From Promethearchaeota archaeon (lineage in GTDB: Archaea > Asgardarchaeota > Heimdallarchaeia > Hodarchaeales > Hodarchaeaceae), in contig JBHLMN010000007.1 in NCBI GenBank assembly GCA_048938105.1, positions 192,001 to 256,000 on the forward strand: 64,000 nucleotides of DNA, given 5' to 3'. Of this stretch, positions 9,337-20,087 are shown piece by piece. The notes under the pieces are model-generated. The model saw nothing but the letters and a program-made list of their open reading frames with translations, was not told the origin of the DNA and did no database searches. The translations under genes and the position numbers were made by a program. Each line of letters starts with the position of its first letter. Position 1 is the first letter of the stretch.

Positions 9337-12300
9337 TTAACTACGCTTGCGAACCCAGTATATGATAGCAGCGGTAACACCAACAATTACGATACCCGTC
9401 AAGGCAAGAATGATGAATTCGACTGGTAATCCCTTTTGTGGTTGATATTCAAAAGTGAATATTGCATCAGATGTATCACTGGTTTCAAATATCTTATCCG
9501 TAGCATTAACACGTATGAGGTATTGATCACTAGGATTCAAACCATAATGAGAACTCAAAGGATCCCATTCGACTTGTGTGTCTTTAGTGCGGGTAGTAAC
9601 TATCGCCCAGTGTTGACCTGAGTCATTACTAACCTCTACAGAGAAGAAAAGAGTATCTTCGATGTTTGGATCATTTGCCGTCCACGTGATGTTGATTGGA
9701 TCCGCACCCACTGTTTCCCCTCCATTTGGATATGTTACTTCAACATTTGGGGGAAATAAATTAGTGATAGTTACATCTGTCACTGTGTACTGCACAAGAG
9801 GTAGCCAATCAAGTGATGTTCCAGTATATCCTTTGACAACGATATCGAATGCAGCGTTTTGGTCTAGAACATGGCTATCGATTACACTACTCATTCCAGT
9901 TGAGCGTTGTGAGGCTACTAATGATGCCTTAGCAGTAACAATAAATGGAAGCCCACCAGCCCAGTCTCCCCACACATGGTAAGGTGAGGCATCGATACCC
10001 CAGTAATCAACTCCGATTATGTAGTTACCATCTTCTGGAGCTTTTATTGAAATGAGCTCTTCACTACCCTCTTCTGTACTAGTATAAATTTTTCCACTAG
10101 GAGTAATCAATACAAGCTCCAAGTCATGAGGAGGATCTCCTGGAACCCCTGGAGGATCAGGAACCGTTAACTCCATTTTAATTCTCTGGCCAGCTATTAT
10201 CCCTCGCCATGTGTACGTATAATCTAAATCAGAAGGAGTAGGTCTTACAGGCATATCACCTGGTGTAGCATTAGTAGCTGTAAAAAGACCTTCAAGAGTA
10301 ATTGAATCTGTTAACTCGATTCTGATTTCTGTGTCACGGATTGAGATTGTTGAGAAGCCAGATAACGACCAAACATCAAATGTACCACTAAAGTTAGCGT
10401 GAGGTCCACTCCACAAACTTCCACTATAAACGGGTGCATCATCGTTATCAATTGAACGAACCATAGCAGTAGGCGCGTTAGACATAAGTCCGTCTATTGC
10501 ATTATGACTTATGTTTTGATATGGAGATGGAGGATATCCGCCTATTAAAGACGGATCCCAGCTATCATCAATAGTTTGAAGTCCAGACGCGCGGTAACTG
10601 GTCAAAGTGCTGTTACTAACACTAGTTACTGTAATACTAAAGTTCTCATAAGCCGCCATTGATCCATATTCTATGGTATGTAAGGCGATGCCAAGATACC
10701 CGAGGTGCCCACAGGATCCAGTGGAATTATCGTGTTGCCACTCTAAATCATTCATTCCTGTGGTGTTCCAACCCCACCAACCGCTGATATCCCATGTGAA
10801 ATCAGTAAATAGTACATTCTGACAGGACCAAGTTGGTGTACCATCAGTTCGACCTGTCAAATCGAAATTCTCTGATTCAGATTGTGTTGCACTATACGGA
10901 CCAAAGTAATTCATGCTGCCATAACCACTCATAAAAACATAAACATCAATCACAGTTTCGGGATCTGTCCAAGTCACATTTGTCATAACCCAAGTGGTAA
11001 AGTCATCTGATCCATTGTTAAGGAAATAATCGATGTCAACATAGTAGAATCGCCAATCACCACTTATTGGGGTTTGCCCATACCAATTCACCGCACCATA
11101 AGTAACCCCATTATCATAAGGATGACTATCAGTACCACCCCATGTCAAAGACAGATCAGGAGGCGCTTTACCATCAACTCTGACAGATACAGGGGTGAGG
11201 GCAGCAACTACTCCTCCTTTAGTCCATTCAATAAACCCACCATACACCCCTGGAGTTGTTGAGGTTCCGATTGTGATTGTGACATTCCAAGTAGTCAACG
11301 CATTATAAGTAATATCAATTGGGGTTTGTTGCCATGGGATCTTCTGGTAGAGACGGATAGTGACCAATACATCAAGAGACGGCCAAAGCTCATTTTCGGC
11401 CCCCACATCACGGTAATAGATAGTTGGTCCTCTACTTCCTGAACCAGTCTTGTAAAAAGCGTCACCTGGTTTTCCAACATGAAGCTGATGGTTATTGCCG
11501 CTTGTAGTGTCACTTGTAACTCTACGTACCTCCCCAGAAGTCAGGGGAGAGGTGAAATCAATTCTATTATTGTTATTTAGATCATTCCAATCATGTAGAA
11601 AGACATAATTGCTATCATTGGCATTTAAATAAACATTTTCAAAAGCACTCTTTGGATAAGTGAGATATATTACAGCGTAATCACTATTATTCCACTGGTT
11701 CATAAATGACTCATCAAAATTGTCTGCAAGAGGCCAGGTGGTATTCGCTGAAGTTGAATGTAAGATACTAGACGATTCATTCCAGAGGACAAGTTCATAA
11801 GCTACACCTTCATCCGCAGTAGTTAAACTATTGATAACCTCAACAGTCATTTGAGTTGTCTGTGATTCACCTGGGAACAGGCTCCCCGTAAATAAACTGT
11901 CATCACCAACACTTTTTCCAAATTCTGATGGATGGGATTGCCTACGGTTTAATAAATCCTGTTTTGGAGTAAAACCATAATCAGTCCCATTATATAAGCC
12001 CATATAGTAACCCAACCACCCTGAAGAACGATCATCTTTTGTTGCTACCCGATCAAAAGAGGATGTGCTGTATGCAATAAGTAGTGGGTCTATTCCGTCT
12101 GTTGCGTTTTCATATATTGCATTGACAGCTCGCCATGCGTCAACACGTCCTGCACCTTGCCGAAAAGGATCATAACCGAGGTCAATTGCAGTTGATTCCA
12201 TTATAGCTTTTACAATCCCTGGAGTATCTGTATGGGGTAAAACACCACAGTCCAAACCAGCTTGAAACATCAATGCGGCAACTCCAGCCGCTAACGGGCA

Positions 12301-14259
12301 AGCTAGGCTTGTACCACTAAAGATACCAACCGCATTTGACCCATCTCCTTGTCCATAATCCAATGCGTCTACAGTAAATGTCCCTGCGCCTATAGCAACT
12401 ATGTTTGGTTTTGGAACACCAGAGGGCATGGGCCCACCACTTGAAAAACTGACAATCTGATCTGTACCTTGTTCCCAATAGCTGTTATTATCATAAACAT
12501 CTTCAAAGATATGAAAACTAGTACTAGCCCCAACCGTCAATGCTCCAGCACTACTTGGTGAAAATCCAGTCCCATATCCTGGTCCATCGTTTCCAGCAGC
12601 CATGAGAATCAATGTGCTGTTCCAACTGGAGAGGTAATCAATAAACCAACTATTCCAATCATATCCCCACACAAAATCAAACGTCTCGAAACCTATCCAC
12701 CCCCAAGAATTACTTAGAATGTCAGCTTTGTGATTCCCAGTATATGTCCAGTTAAGGAAATTTAGGTTTGGTTCTTGACTAACTATTGGATCCCACCCTG
12801 TTCCCCAGAGCCAACCCCAAGGAACGATGTTGCGGATCGCCATTACTTCAGCTGCAGGAGCTATGCCTGGAAGCTTATACATCGTTCCATTTCCGTACAC
12901 ATCATAATCAATGATTCCTCGACCTGCTGCTGAAGCGGCTGTACTAGTGCCATGACCGTCATAGTCATTTATAAAAGCAAATCCAACCCCAGTATCATTA
13001 ATTCCCCTCACTAATCCTCCAGTCATGATGTCGAAAATATCATATGTATTCGCCAAGCAACCTAAACTGAAATCATTAATACCATCCTTATCAAAATCAG
13101 TAGCTAATACCTCAGTTCCATCTCCCCATCGATGGGGATCATCAAGGTTATTAGTAAAATCCCAATCTGCTATTGGTCCAGCTGATAATTCATTCCATTT
13201 TGCAGTTAAATTCCAGGATGTTTCCCAATCGATATAGAGAGTATCATATACAGAGGAAGTAGTTGTGTCACTAAGGATGAAGAGGAAGAATTGAAGCAAA
13301 TATGGCATACCAGATGCTATAGCTGAAGCTATTCCAACCTTGAAAGTACCAGATAAGCTTGGAACCCCAGTGCTTGCATTTCCAATATAAATATCCTCAG
13401 AATCAAAAATTAAACTCGAATTTAAAAACGATGCTATGTCTCCGACCCAAATCGAGTAGCTATAGTTATTCAGGGGTAAAATTTCTTCAGTCCGAGAAAC
13501 AGATACATTTGTAATAGCTATTCCAACCCCCTCACCATCAAAACTTGTTGGATAGCCCGAAGAATCGACCGCATAGGCTGTACTAAGATCAGTAACGCCA
13601 AAATCGGTTCCTGAGTCAACAATACCGATTGTGATACCTGTACCGTCTATTGGATAACTAAATTCACCTTTTCCTGTAACATTATTGACTCGATCAGCCC
13701 CCATTATTTTTTGTGTAGAGAATTGTTTATCGATTATCTCGGGTTCATTTTTCTTAAATTCTGTTTTTCTATCGGCAATTACAACCCCAACATCAGGTCT
13801 CGAATATACACGTCGCAATGCTTTAGGACTTGTAACATATCCTTGTATGATGTAACCACCGTTGAGTTTAGCTGCTTGGACGACTGTCATGTGCTCACTA
13901 AGGGTATTAAAATCAACTTCAGGTGTAGCCCCCATAAGAAAATAAATTCTATTCTTGTACGATCGAACGTCCTCAGGAATTTCATTAGTATCGAGGTAGG
14001 AACGAAGTAGGGGATCTAGAAATTGATACTGATCATATTGTGGTTTTGAATAGCTACTAGGAGGAGGATTTCCAAAAAAATTACTAGAGAAGATCTCAGA
14101 AGGTGTACTACTAAATGATGGGGTAGAAAAAATCAAAGCTGGCATGTTTGCGCAAATTGTGATAATGAAAATTGTTATGAGGGTCATTGAGACTGATTGT
14201 CTCTTCTTAAGAATTTGGAATTGATGGATCATTTTTCTCGTCTCTTTACAGTAGAGCAT
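9337..14259 (-). CDS. Large secreted, membrane-anchored S8 (subtilisin/pyrolysin-like) serine protease
   Basis: Signal peptide, propeptide, triad IVDSGTD / DGHGTSTA / GTSLACP, oxyanion AAGNDG, C-terminal beta domains and TM helix ending WVRKRS. Confidence 0.92.
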   Translation of the reverse strand: MLYCKETRKMIHQFQILKKRQSVSMTLITIFIITICANMPALIFSTPSFSSTPSEIFSSNFFGNPPPSSYSKPQYDQYQFLDPLLRSYLDTNEIPEDVRSYKNRIYFLMGATPEVDFNTLSEHMTVVQAAKLNGGYIIQGYVTSPKALRRVYSRPDVGVVIADRKTEFKKNEPEIIDKQFSTQKIMGADRVNNVTGKGEFSYPIDGTGITIGIVDSGTDFGVTDLSTAYAVDSSGYPTSFDGEGVGIAITNVSVSRTEEILPLNNYSYSIWVGDIASFLNSSLIFDSEDIYIGNASTGVPSLSGTFKVGIASAIASGMPYLLQFFLFILSDTTTSSVYDTLYIDWETSWNLTAKWNELSAGPIADWDFTNNLDDPHRWGDGTEVLATDFDKDGINDFSLGCLANTYDIFDIMTGGLVRGINDTGVGFAFINDYDGHGTSTAASAAGRGIIDYDVYGNGTMYKLPGIAPAAEVMAIRNIVPWGWLWGTGWDPIVSQEPNLNFLNWTYTGNHKADILSNSWGWIGFETFDFVWGYDWNSWFIDYLSSWNSTLILMAAGNDGPGYGTGFSPSSAGALTVGASTSFHIFEDVYDNNSYWEQGTDQIVSFSSGGPMPSGVPKPNIVAIGAGTFTVDALDYGQGDGSNAVGIFSGTSLACPLAAGVAALMFQAGLDCGVLPHTDTPGIVKAIMESTAIDLGYDPFRQGAGRVDAWRAVNAIYENATDGIDPLLIAYSTSSFDRVATKDDRSSGWLGYYMGLYNGTDYGFTPKQDLLNRRQSHPSEFGKSVGDDSLFTGSLFPGESQTTQMTVEVINSLTTADEGVAYELVLWNESSSILHSTSANTTWPLADNFDESFMNQWNNSDYAVIYLTYPKSAFENVYLNANDSNYVFLHDWNDLNNNNRIDFTSPLTSGEVRRVTSDTTSGNNHQLHVGKPGDAFYKTGSGSRGPTIYYRDVGAENELWPSLDVLVTIRLYQKIPWQQTPIDITYNALTTWNVTITIGTSTTPGVYGGFIEWTKGGVVAALTPVSVRVDGKAPPDLSLTWGGTDSHPYDNGVTYGAVNWYGQTPISGDWRFYYVDIDYFLNNGSDDFTTWVMTNVTWTDPETVIDVYVFMSGYGSMNYFGPYSATQSESENFDLTGRTDGTPTWSCQNVLFTDFTWDISGWWGWNTTGMNDLEWQHDNSTGSCGHLGYLGIALHTIEYGSMAAYENFSITVTSVSNSTLTSYRASGLQTIDDSWDPSLIGGYPPSPYQNISHNAIDGLMSNAPTAMVRSIDNDDAPVYSGSLWSGPHANFSGTFDVWSLSGFSTISIRDTEIRIELTDSITLEGLFTATNATPGDMPVRPTPSDLDYTYTWRGIIAGQRIKMELTVPDPPGVPGDPPHDLELVLITPSGKIYTSTEEGSEELISIKAPEDGNYIIGVDYWGIDASPYHVWGDWAGGLPFIVTAKASLVASQRSTGMSSVIDSHVLDQNAAFDIVVKGYTGTSLDWLPLVQYTVTDVTITNLFPPNVEVTYPNGGETVGADPINITWTANDPNIEDTLFFSVEVSNDSGQHWAIVTTRTKDTQVEWDPLSSHYGLNPSDQYLIRVNATDKIFETSDTSDAIFTFEYQPQKGLPVEFIILALTGIVIVGVTAAIIYWVRKRS

Positions 14260-14368
14260 ATTATATTCTATCAGAATGATAAAGCTGACAGGGTCTTGGG
14301 TGGATTTCTATATAAGCTATTGCTACTAAACTAAGAAATAAAATGGAATTTCTTAATATTTTCTAGGT

Positions 14369-15205
14369 CTACTGGTTCAGAAAATTAATGATAAGCTGAA
14401 AATATTCATCGTGCTTTGTGAGACTAAGAATATGGCCACCACATTCGAAATTATGAAATTTTGCTCCAGGAAAAACTGATTGTAATGCGGCACTAGTGTC
14501 TTTTCCAACGAATGTATCGTCTTCAGCATTTATAATTAAAACCTGATTACTATGGTGCTCTAGTATAGATGAGTCAATCGAAAAGTGAGTATGAAAATCT
14601 ACTAAACAATCATAATGACAAAGTACGACATCTTTACTGAATGCCTGATATAGAAATTGCTCATAAAAAGGTTTAATTTCTTCAGAAAAATCTATCCCTT
14701 TAAGAAACAACCTTTTTGCGATAGTTCTAACGACTTTGTCAGGTGTAAATTGTATCACCCTCCGAAAACGTTTTAATCTCTTCGGAATCTTACTATCTTT
14801 AACAGCTGTCCCTGTATTACTCAAAATGACCTTAGAGATCTTATCAGGAGATTCTTTTAATAAAAATTGCGCTACAAGTCCTCCAAATGATGCTCCAAAC
14901 ACATTAACATTATTTACTGATTCATTGTCAAGGACAGCTATGATTCCATCTATTAATGATTTCATCCGACAGATTAGAGGATAAGATGGAGAAATAACTG
15001 TATATTTTTCTTCTAATTCCATTAAGAACTGGAACCTCATTCCAGGACGTCGTGGGCCTCCTGGAAGGAGGAGTATAACTTTACCAGCTAATCCTCCAAT
15101 AATATACTTCCATTCTATGCCATTAACCAAAATAGTTTTTTCTGGATGTTTAAGTTTAAAATTTTCATATTGAGCCATTGTAGATAGGTTTTGAGCGTTA
15201 TTCAT
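14369..15205 (-). CDS. Alpha/beta-fold hydrolase
   Basis: GASFGG nucleophile elbow, DD and GGH catalytic residues. Confidence 0.85.
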   Translation of the reverse strand: MNNAQNLSTMAQYENFKLKHPEKTILVNGIEWKYIIGGLAGKVILLLPGGPRRPGMRFQFLMELEEKYTVISPSYPLICRMKSLIDGIIAVLDNESVNNVNVFGASFGGLVAQFLLKESPDKISKVILSNTGTAVKDSKIPKRLKRFRRVIQFTPDKVVRTIAKRLFLKGIDFSEEIKPFYEQFLYQAFSKDVVLCHYDCLVDFHTHFSIDSSILEHHSNQVLIINAEDDTFVGKDTSAALQSVFPGAKFHNFECGGHILSLTKHDEYFQLIINFLNQ

Positions 15206-15222
15206 AGCGATTCAGCTTTAGT

Positions 15223-15783
15223 TTAGAAAAACAAAAAGTATCTGGGCACTTTTTTCATATATTCTCTATAATCATCCCCATATTCCTTTAAACAAGCTTC
15301 TTCTTGTGCAAGAATATGAAAATGATTGAATATTCGCGAAAAACCAAAAAAGAAAATGAGAAACCAAGATCCCACTGCAAAGCAAATACCAAAGAACACT
15401 ATTGTAAGCATTGTTTCTTGGGGATTACGTGAAATTTTATAAAACCCTCGGGTTACTGGTTCGTCCAAAGGGGTCATTTTAAAGTTAATGACGGCTATAA
15501 CTTCTCCTACTATTCCTAATATGAATAAGCTTATTCCAATAAGGAATTCGATGGATCCAATAGCCAATGGAGTCAGTATTATAAGAATCTGGACTATTAG
15601 AACGATAAGCTTTGACACTCCAGTTAAGATTTTTTGATTCTTTGTAAAAGTAGAGCGATCTAACAACCGAGAGCGGACTTCTTTAGGCATTATCAACAAA
15701 ATTGTGGGTTGTAAAACCCAAATCCATATCAAAAGCAACCATCCACCAAACAGACTTAGTTGAAGTGCAGGAAAGAATTCCAT
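15223..15783 (-). CDS. ICMT/PEMT-family membrane methyltransferase
   Basis: TM helices; VTRGFYKISRNP and EE..L..YG..Y.EY.KKVPR motifs. Confidence 0.8.
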   Translation of the reverse strand: MEFFPALQLSLFGGWLLLIWIWVLQPTILLIMPKEVRSRLLDRSTFTKNQKILTGVSKLIVLIVQILIILTPLAIGSIEFLIGISLFILGIVGEVIAVINFKMTPLDEPVTRGFYKISRNPQETMLTIVFFGICFAVGSWFLIFFFGFSRIFNHFHILAQEEACLKEYGDDYREYMKKVPRYFLFF

Positions 15784-15927
15784 TTGAAACAGCCATTAAT
15801 TGTTTATATTTACAAAACATTCTCTTCCAATTTAAAAAGTTTTCAGTTGTGAACATTTCAATTTTATGAATAGTTATTTCTATTATGCGAAGAATGTTTT
15901 ATTAATAAGGGTAGACATTATTCGAGA

Positions 15928-17025
15928 ATGCAGTTAGATTCATCATTGATAATTTCGAAACCTAAAAGCATGGAAAAACGGTTGGTGTATGAAATGAAGA
16001 TAGTAACAATTGAGGATGTGAAAAATCTTCTTAGAATGTACATTCCCTCTGCAGCTTTAAGCGCAGCATTAGAGTTACATCTCTTCAAACAACTAAACGA
16101 AAGTCCACAAAGTGTTCAAAGTATATCTAAGACTTTTGATATTCCATTAGATCGTTGTCGATGTTGGCTTGACCTGTTAGTTGGATTAGATCTTCTGGAA
16201 AGGAAAAATGGAATTTATTCTCCGTCTTCTGTGGCGCAGACTACCCTTATTCAAACTTATAGTCATGAAACATGGTCACAATTGGCACAGGAGGGTCGAG
16301 AACGATACCTATTAGGAAATGATTTAATATTGCACATTTCACATCCCAGATCAGTTTGGGAAGCACAAGGAAAAAAACCACCTGATTGGTTTAAACAGAT
16401 CGAGGAGGATACAGAACGCGCAAGGCGATTTACTAGGATGTTGTACGAACTCCATCAACCCCTAGGAAAGACATTAGCTCAAATTCTAGATATGTCTGGA
16501 GTGAAAAGACTCATGGATCTAGGAGGTGGATCGGGGGTGATATCATTAGCACTACTAGAGCAGAATCCTGATTTAACCGCTGTTGTCGTTGACATCCCGA
16601 ATATTTGTATTGTTGGGAGAGAGATTGCAGCTACAACTACAGCGGAGGATCGTATCATTTATCATGCTGCAAACATCCTCCAAGATGAATTACCAACTGG
16701 ATTTGATATGATACTTGATTGTGATGCTGGATTCTATTCAGAAGAGATATTATCCAAGTTATATGGTGTTTTGAATAAAAATGGTCATTTAGTAATTGTT
16801 GATTGGTGGAATAGAGGAATTACAGATTCACAACCAGCAGGGGAATCATCTCTGCAGCATTTGATGCAAAGATTTGAATCGTCATTAGAGGTTTCTAGTT
16901 TCACCTATACTGTTAATACATTAGTAAAGGAGATAAAAAATCGTTTATCTAAAGCAGGATTTAGTAATATCACAGAGCAGACATTAGAAGATAAAACAAT
17001 GATTATTCGGGCTCGAAAAGTCTGA
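15928..17025 (+). CDS. O-methyltransferase family 2 (dimerisation + methyltransferase domains)
   Basis: AALELHLF dimerisation wHTH; LMDLGGGSG; VVDIP. True start probably internal (MKIVT). Confidence 0.85.
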   Translation: MQLDSSLIISKPKSMEKRLVYEMKIVTIEDVKNLLRMYIPSAALSAALELHLFKQLNESPQSVQSISKTFDIPLDRCRCWLDLLVGLDLLERKNGIYSPSSVAQTTLIQTYSHETWSQLAQEGRERYLLGNDLILHISHPRSVWEAQGKKPPDWFKQIEEDTERARRFTRMLYELHQPLGKTLAQILDMSGVKRLMDLGGGSGVISLALLEQNPDLTAVVVDIPNICIVGREIAATTTAEDRIIYHAANILQDELPTGFDMILDCDAGFYSEEILSKLYGVLNKNGHLVIVDWWNRGITDSQPAGESSLQHLMQRFESSLEVSSFTYTVNTLVKEIKNRLSKAGFSNITEQTLEDKTMIIRARKV

Positions 17026-17105
17026 ATTGTTATAAAAACCTAAGATACATCAACCACTAATGTGGTATTCACAATCTTTTCTTACAAAGTTTCGGAAATG
17101 TTAAC

Positions 17106-18269
17106 TTAAGTTTCTTTTAGAGTAAATCGGCTGCCAATAAGAAATAATCCAAAGAATAGAAGCATTGCAATTAGATCGATGTTGAAGAGCTCTAAAATAT
17201 ATCCTTCGATAGAAATTTGTCGCAACAGATGAACTCCATACGTCGTAGGTAGTAAATAACAGACCCATCGAATAATCTCTGGGATTTGACTAATTGGAAT
17301 GATTATTCCTGACAATAATAATGCTGGTAAAATCACTATCGGAACAAATTGGATCGCTTGAAATTCGGAACGAGCAAAAGAAGACAAAAAAATTGCTAAA
17401 ACTAACCCTGTCCATCCAAGGATGACCGCACCAATATAAAGTGAGATATAATGTGCGAAAGTAGTTCCAAATGATACATTAAACATGGCTCTTGCCACGA
17501 TTATTATCACAGTCGTTTGAACCATACTAACTACTGAAAAGGTGGCAAGATAGCCAATAATAATCTGACCCTTATCATAAGGACACTGTAGAAGTAATGG
17601 TAATGTTCCCCCTTTTCTTTCCCCTATCAAATTCATCATAACGAGTATGAAAGAGAAGAAAAATACACCGAAGATAATCATTGCAGGAGCAAAAAAATCT
17701 AGCGTTTTCAAATCCTCTCCATAAGCATATTCTACATCCAATTTGAGATTTTCTTGAAATTCACCCGTAGCCTCTTGAAATGCCTCCTGAAACGCCTGAA
17801 TTATTACCCCTCCTTCTTGAGGATTACTATTGTCTAAAAATAGCTTGATTGTAAGATTTTGACCAGACCGCGAAGCCAGATTCTGTGTAAAGTTTTGAGG
17901 AATCCAAATAGCACATCGGTATTGCTTTTCGTTAACTAGTTCCTTAGCATCAGTATACTTAAGAGAACTGAGGGTAATATCCACTTTGACCGAATCGTTT
18001 AGTGAATTTACAATTTTAGCTCCGAGAGAAGATACATTCTGATATGACATCTTTATGTATTCAGGAGGAGGAACTAGTTCTATTCCCACTACTTGAGCAT
18101 CAGTATCCTCATTGATGACAATTATTGGCTCATGTTCGATTTCTCCTCCGAATGCAATACCAAAAACTATTATGTAAATAATTGGGGCGAATAATAACAG
18201 TCCTAATGTTCGTCTATCCCGTAGGAGTTGTTTCCACAATCTTAAAGCTATTAAATAAGCAAATCTCAT
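17106..18269 (-). CDS. ABC-2 type exporter permease
   Basis: QLLRDRRTL, ERKGGTL, ARSEFQAIQF, LLSGIIIP; ATGA overlap with the ATPase. Confidence 0.88.
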   Translation of the reverse strand: MRFAYLIALRLWKQLLRDRRTLGLLLFAPIIYIIVFGIAFGGEIEHEPIIVINEDTDAQVVGIELVPPPEYIKMSYQNVSSLGAKIVNSLNDSVKVDITLSSLKYTDAKELVNEKQYRCAIWIPQNFTQNLASRSGQNLTIKLFLDNSNPQEGGVIIQAFQEAFQEATGEFQENLKLDVEYAYGEDLKTLDFFAPAMIIFGVFFFSFILVMMNLIGERKGGTLPLLLQCPYDKGQIIIGYLATFSVVSMVQTTVIIIVARAMFNVSFGTTFAHYISLYIGAVILGWTGLVLAIFLSSFARSEFQAIQFVPIVILPALLLSGIIIPISQIPEIIRWVCYLLPTTYGVHLLRQISIEGYILELFNIDLIAMLLFFGLFLIGSRFTLKET

Positions 18270-19018
18270 GCCCTATCCCCCTTGATTAACTCAAAAAACA
18301 TATTCTCCATATTTTGTTGTCCAGTTCGCTTCAATAGGTTTTCTGGTGTGTCAACTGCTAGGAGGGATCCATTTCTCATCACCCCCACTCTGTCAGCCCA
18401 CTCTGCTTCATTTAAGTAATGTGTAGTGACTAATATTGTGGTTCCTTGTTCATGAGCTATTTCTTTGAAATAATGCCAAAATTCTCGGCGCAGTACAGGA
18501 TCAAGACCAACTGTTGGTTCATCAAGAAACGCAATCTCTGGCCTATTTACCATTGCTTGCGCCAGAGCAGTTCTTTGTTGTGTGCCTCCTGATAAATGAA
18601 GACCTAACTTATTTTGATGTTCATTAAGAGAGAGTTTATCAATCATAAGAGAGGTGTTTTTGTCTGCTATTGTACCTGAAAGGCCTTTGGCCTGCGCGAA
18701 GAATTTAATATTCTCTTTAGTAGTCAAAAGATCATAAAGTGCCCTCTGTTGGGGGAGGTATCCCATTATCCGTCTGAGCTTCTTCTTCTCTTGAGGAATA
18801 CGATATCCCTTAACTAAAATGTCTCCTGACCCCTTCTCAGACTTTAAAATTCCTAATAACAAACGAATAGTAGTGGTTTTCCCTGCTGCATTAGGTCCTA
18901 CAAGACAAAAAATTTCTCCTCTATTCACTTGGAGATCCAAGTTATCTACTGCAATAACATCTCCAAATCGCTTGGAAACTTGAGACATTTCAATATCAAA
19001 TGCCATAAAACTCACCAA
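18266..19018 (-). CDS. ABC exporter ATP-binding subunit
   Basis: Walker A GPNAAGKTT, LSGG, FLDEPT, H-loop TTHY. Confidence 0.92.
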   Translation of the reverse strand: MVSFMAFDIEMSQVSKRFGDVIAVDNLDLQVNRGEIFCLVGPNAAGKTTTIRLLLGILKSEKGSGDILVKGYRIPQEKKKLRRIMGYLPQQRALYDLLTTKENIKFFAQAKGLSGTIADKNTSLMIDKLSLNEHQNKLGLHLSGGTQQRTALAQAMVNRPEIAFLDEPTVGLDPVLRREFWHYFKEIAHEQGTTILVTTHYLNEAEWADRVGVMRNGSLLAVDTPENLLKRTGQQNMENMFFELIKGDRA

Positions 19019-19085
19019 AACATACTTACAAGCATTAATTTCATTTTTTAGTTCTAATATTTAATTATTAATAATAATTAATCTT

Positions 19086-19145
19086 TGTTACCCCTCAAGG
19101 GGAAACATTTATAAGCTTTTGGTTTTTGATACCCCTCAAGGGGTA
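19086..19145. promoter_or_regulatory. Two palindromic operator copies (TACCCCTCAAGGGG[A/T]A) flanking a TTTATAA TATA box
   Basis: Copies at 19089-19104 and 19130-19145, TATA-like element 19108-19114, between the divergent ABC operon and TrmB regulator. Confidence 0.75.
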
Positions 19146-19156
19146 AATTATATACA

Positions 19157-20056
19157 ATGAGTATTGATGAATTATTAATTGAGGATTTTCAAACGCTTGG
19201 GTTATCACAAAACGAAAGTAAAACTCTCTTAGCTCTAGTTCAACTGGGTGGATTGGGCGAAGTATCTAAAATCGAAGAAAGAACAGATATCAGACGTAAT
19301 AAAATCTATCAGGCACTTGGGGGCCTTATTTCTAAGAAATTAGTATTGAAAGGAGAAATTAAGGGGAGTGCTAATACATTTCGTCTTCTTTATAATAATC
19401 CATCTGATCTTATATCATATATGCAAAAAGCACTTATTGATCCAATTGAAAAAGCAGTTGAAAGGTCAACCCAGAATTTAGTAAAAATCACTGAAACTGT
19501 TGAGAAAATACCTCAAGAGATATGGATGATTAAAGGGAATTCTGATATTGAGCGAATTGAAAAAGAAACCATTGATTCTGCAAAAGCTTCGATATTTAGT
19601 AATTTAATCCCAGAATACATTGAGCCTGTTGTTTCTAATCTTCAAAATGCGATAAAAAGAGGAGTAAATGTATATCTAATTATGTTAGAAGAGGAAACTG
19701 AACAACTGAAGGTTCCTTTAAGTACTATTTGCTCAGAACATTTAGGAATAAACGCAAGTAAATTAGGAACTCTTGGAAAAATGATCCCAGTAGACGCAAA
19801 TCCAATGATCAGTCCGATTTTAGATAGTCTCGGTCAATTCTTATCAATCCGACCCAATTTCCTTTTTATTGATTCAGAAACAGAAAATCCATCAGGATTA
19901 TTAATTATTAAGTCCAGAAAAGATACTTCTTATTCAATTGCCTTACAAACTTATAATCAAGATTTTATAAGTTCATTTATGTACTTAATAGAGTTTATTC
20001 AAAACATAGCATTGAATTTGAAGATGTTACAAGATGAATTCATTCCTAATGATTAA
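19157..20056 (+). CDS. TrmB-family transcriptional regulator
   Basis: LGLSQNESKTLLAL...IRRNKIYQALGGLISKKLV wHTH followed by IWMIKG...IDSAKASI effector domain. Confidence 0.85.
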   Translation: MSIDELLIEDFQTLGLSQNESKTLLALVQLGGLGEVSKIEERTDIRRNKIYQALGGLISKKLVLKGEIKGSANTFRLLYNNPSDLISYMQKALIDPIEKAVERSTQNLVKITETVEKIPQEIWMIKGNSDIERIEKETIDSAKASIFSNLIPEYIEPVVSNLQNAIKRGVNVYLIMLEEETEQLKVPLSTICSEHLGINASKLGTLGKMIPVDANPMISPILDSLGQFLSIRPNFLFIDSETENPSGLLIIKSRKDTSYSIALQTYNQDFISSFMYLIEFIQNIALNLKMLQDEFIPND

Positions 20057-20087
20057 TTTAGATTGAATACTTGGTTATTACTAAGGA

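Noticed and set aside
9184-14010. Short antisense/alternate-frame ORFs over the S8 protease, and similar shadow ORFs elsewhere
   Set aside because: They lie within well-supported genes and show no motifs.
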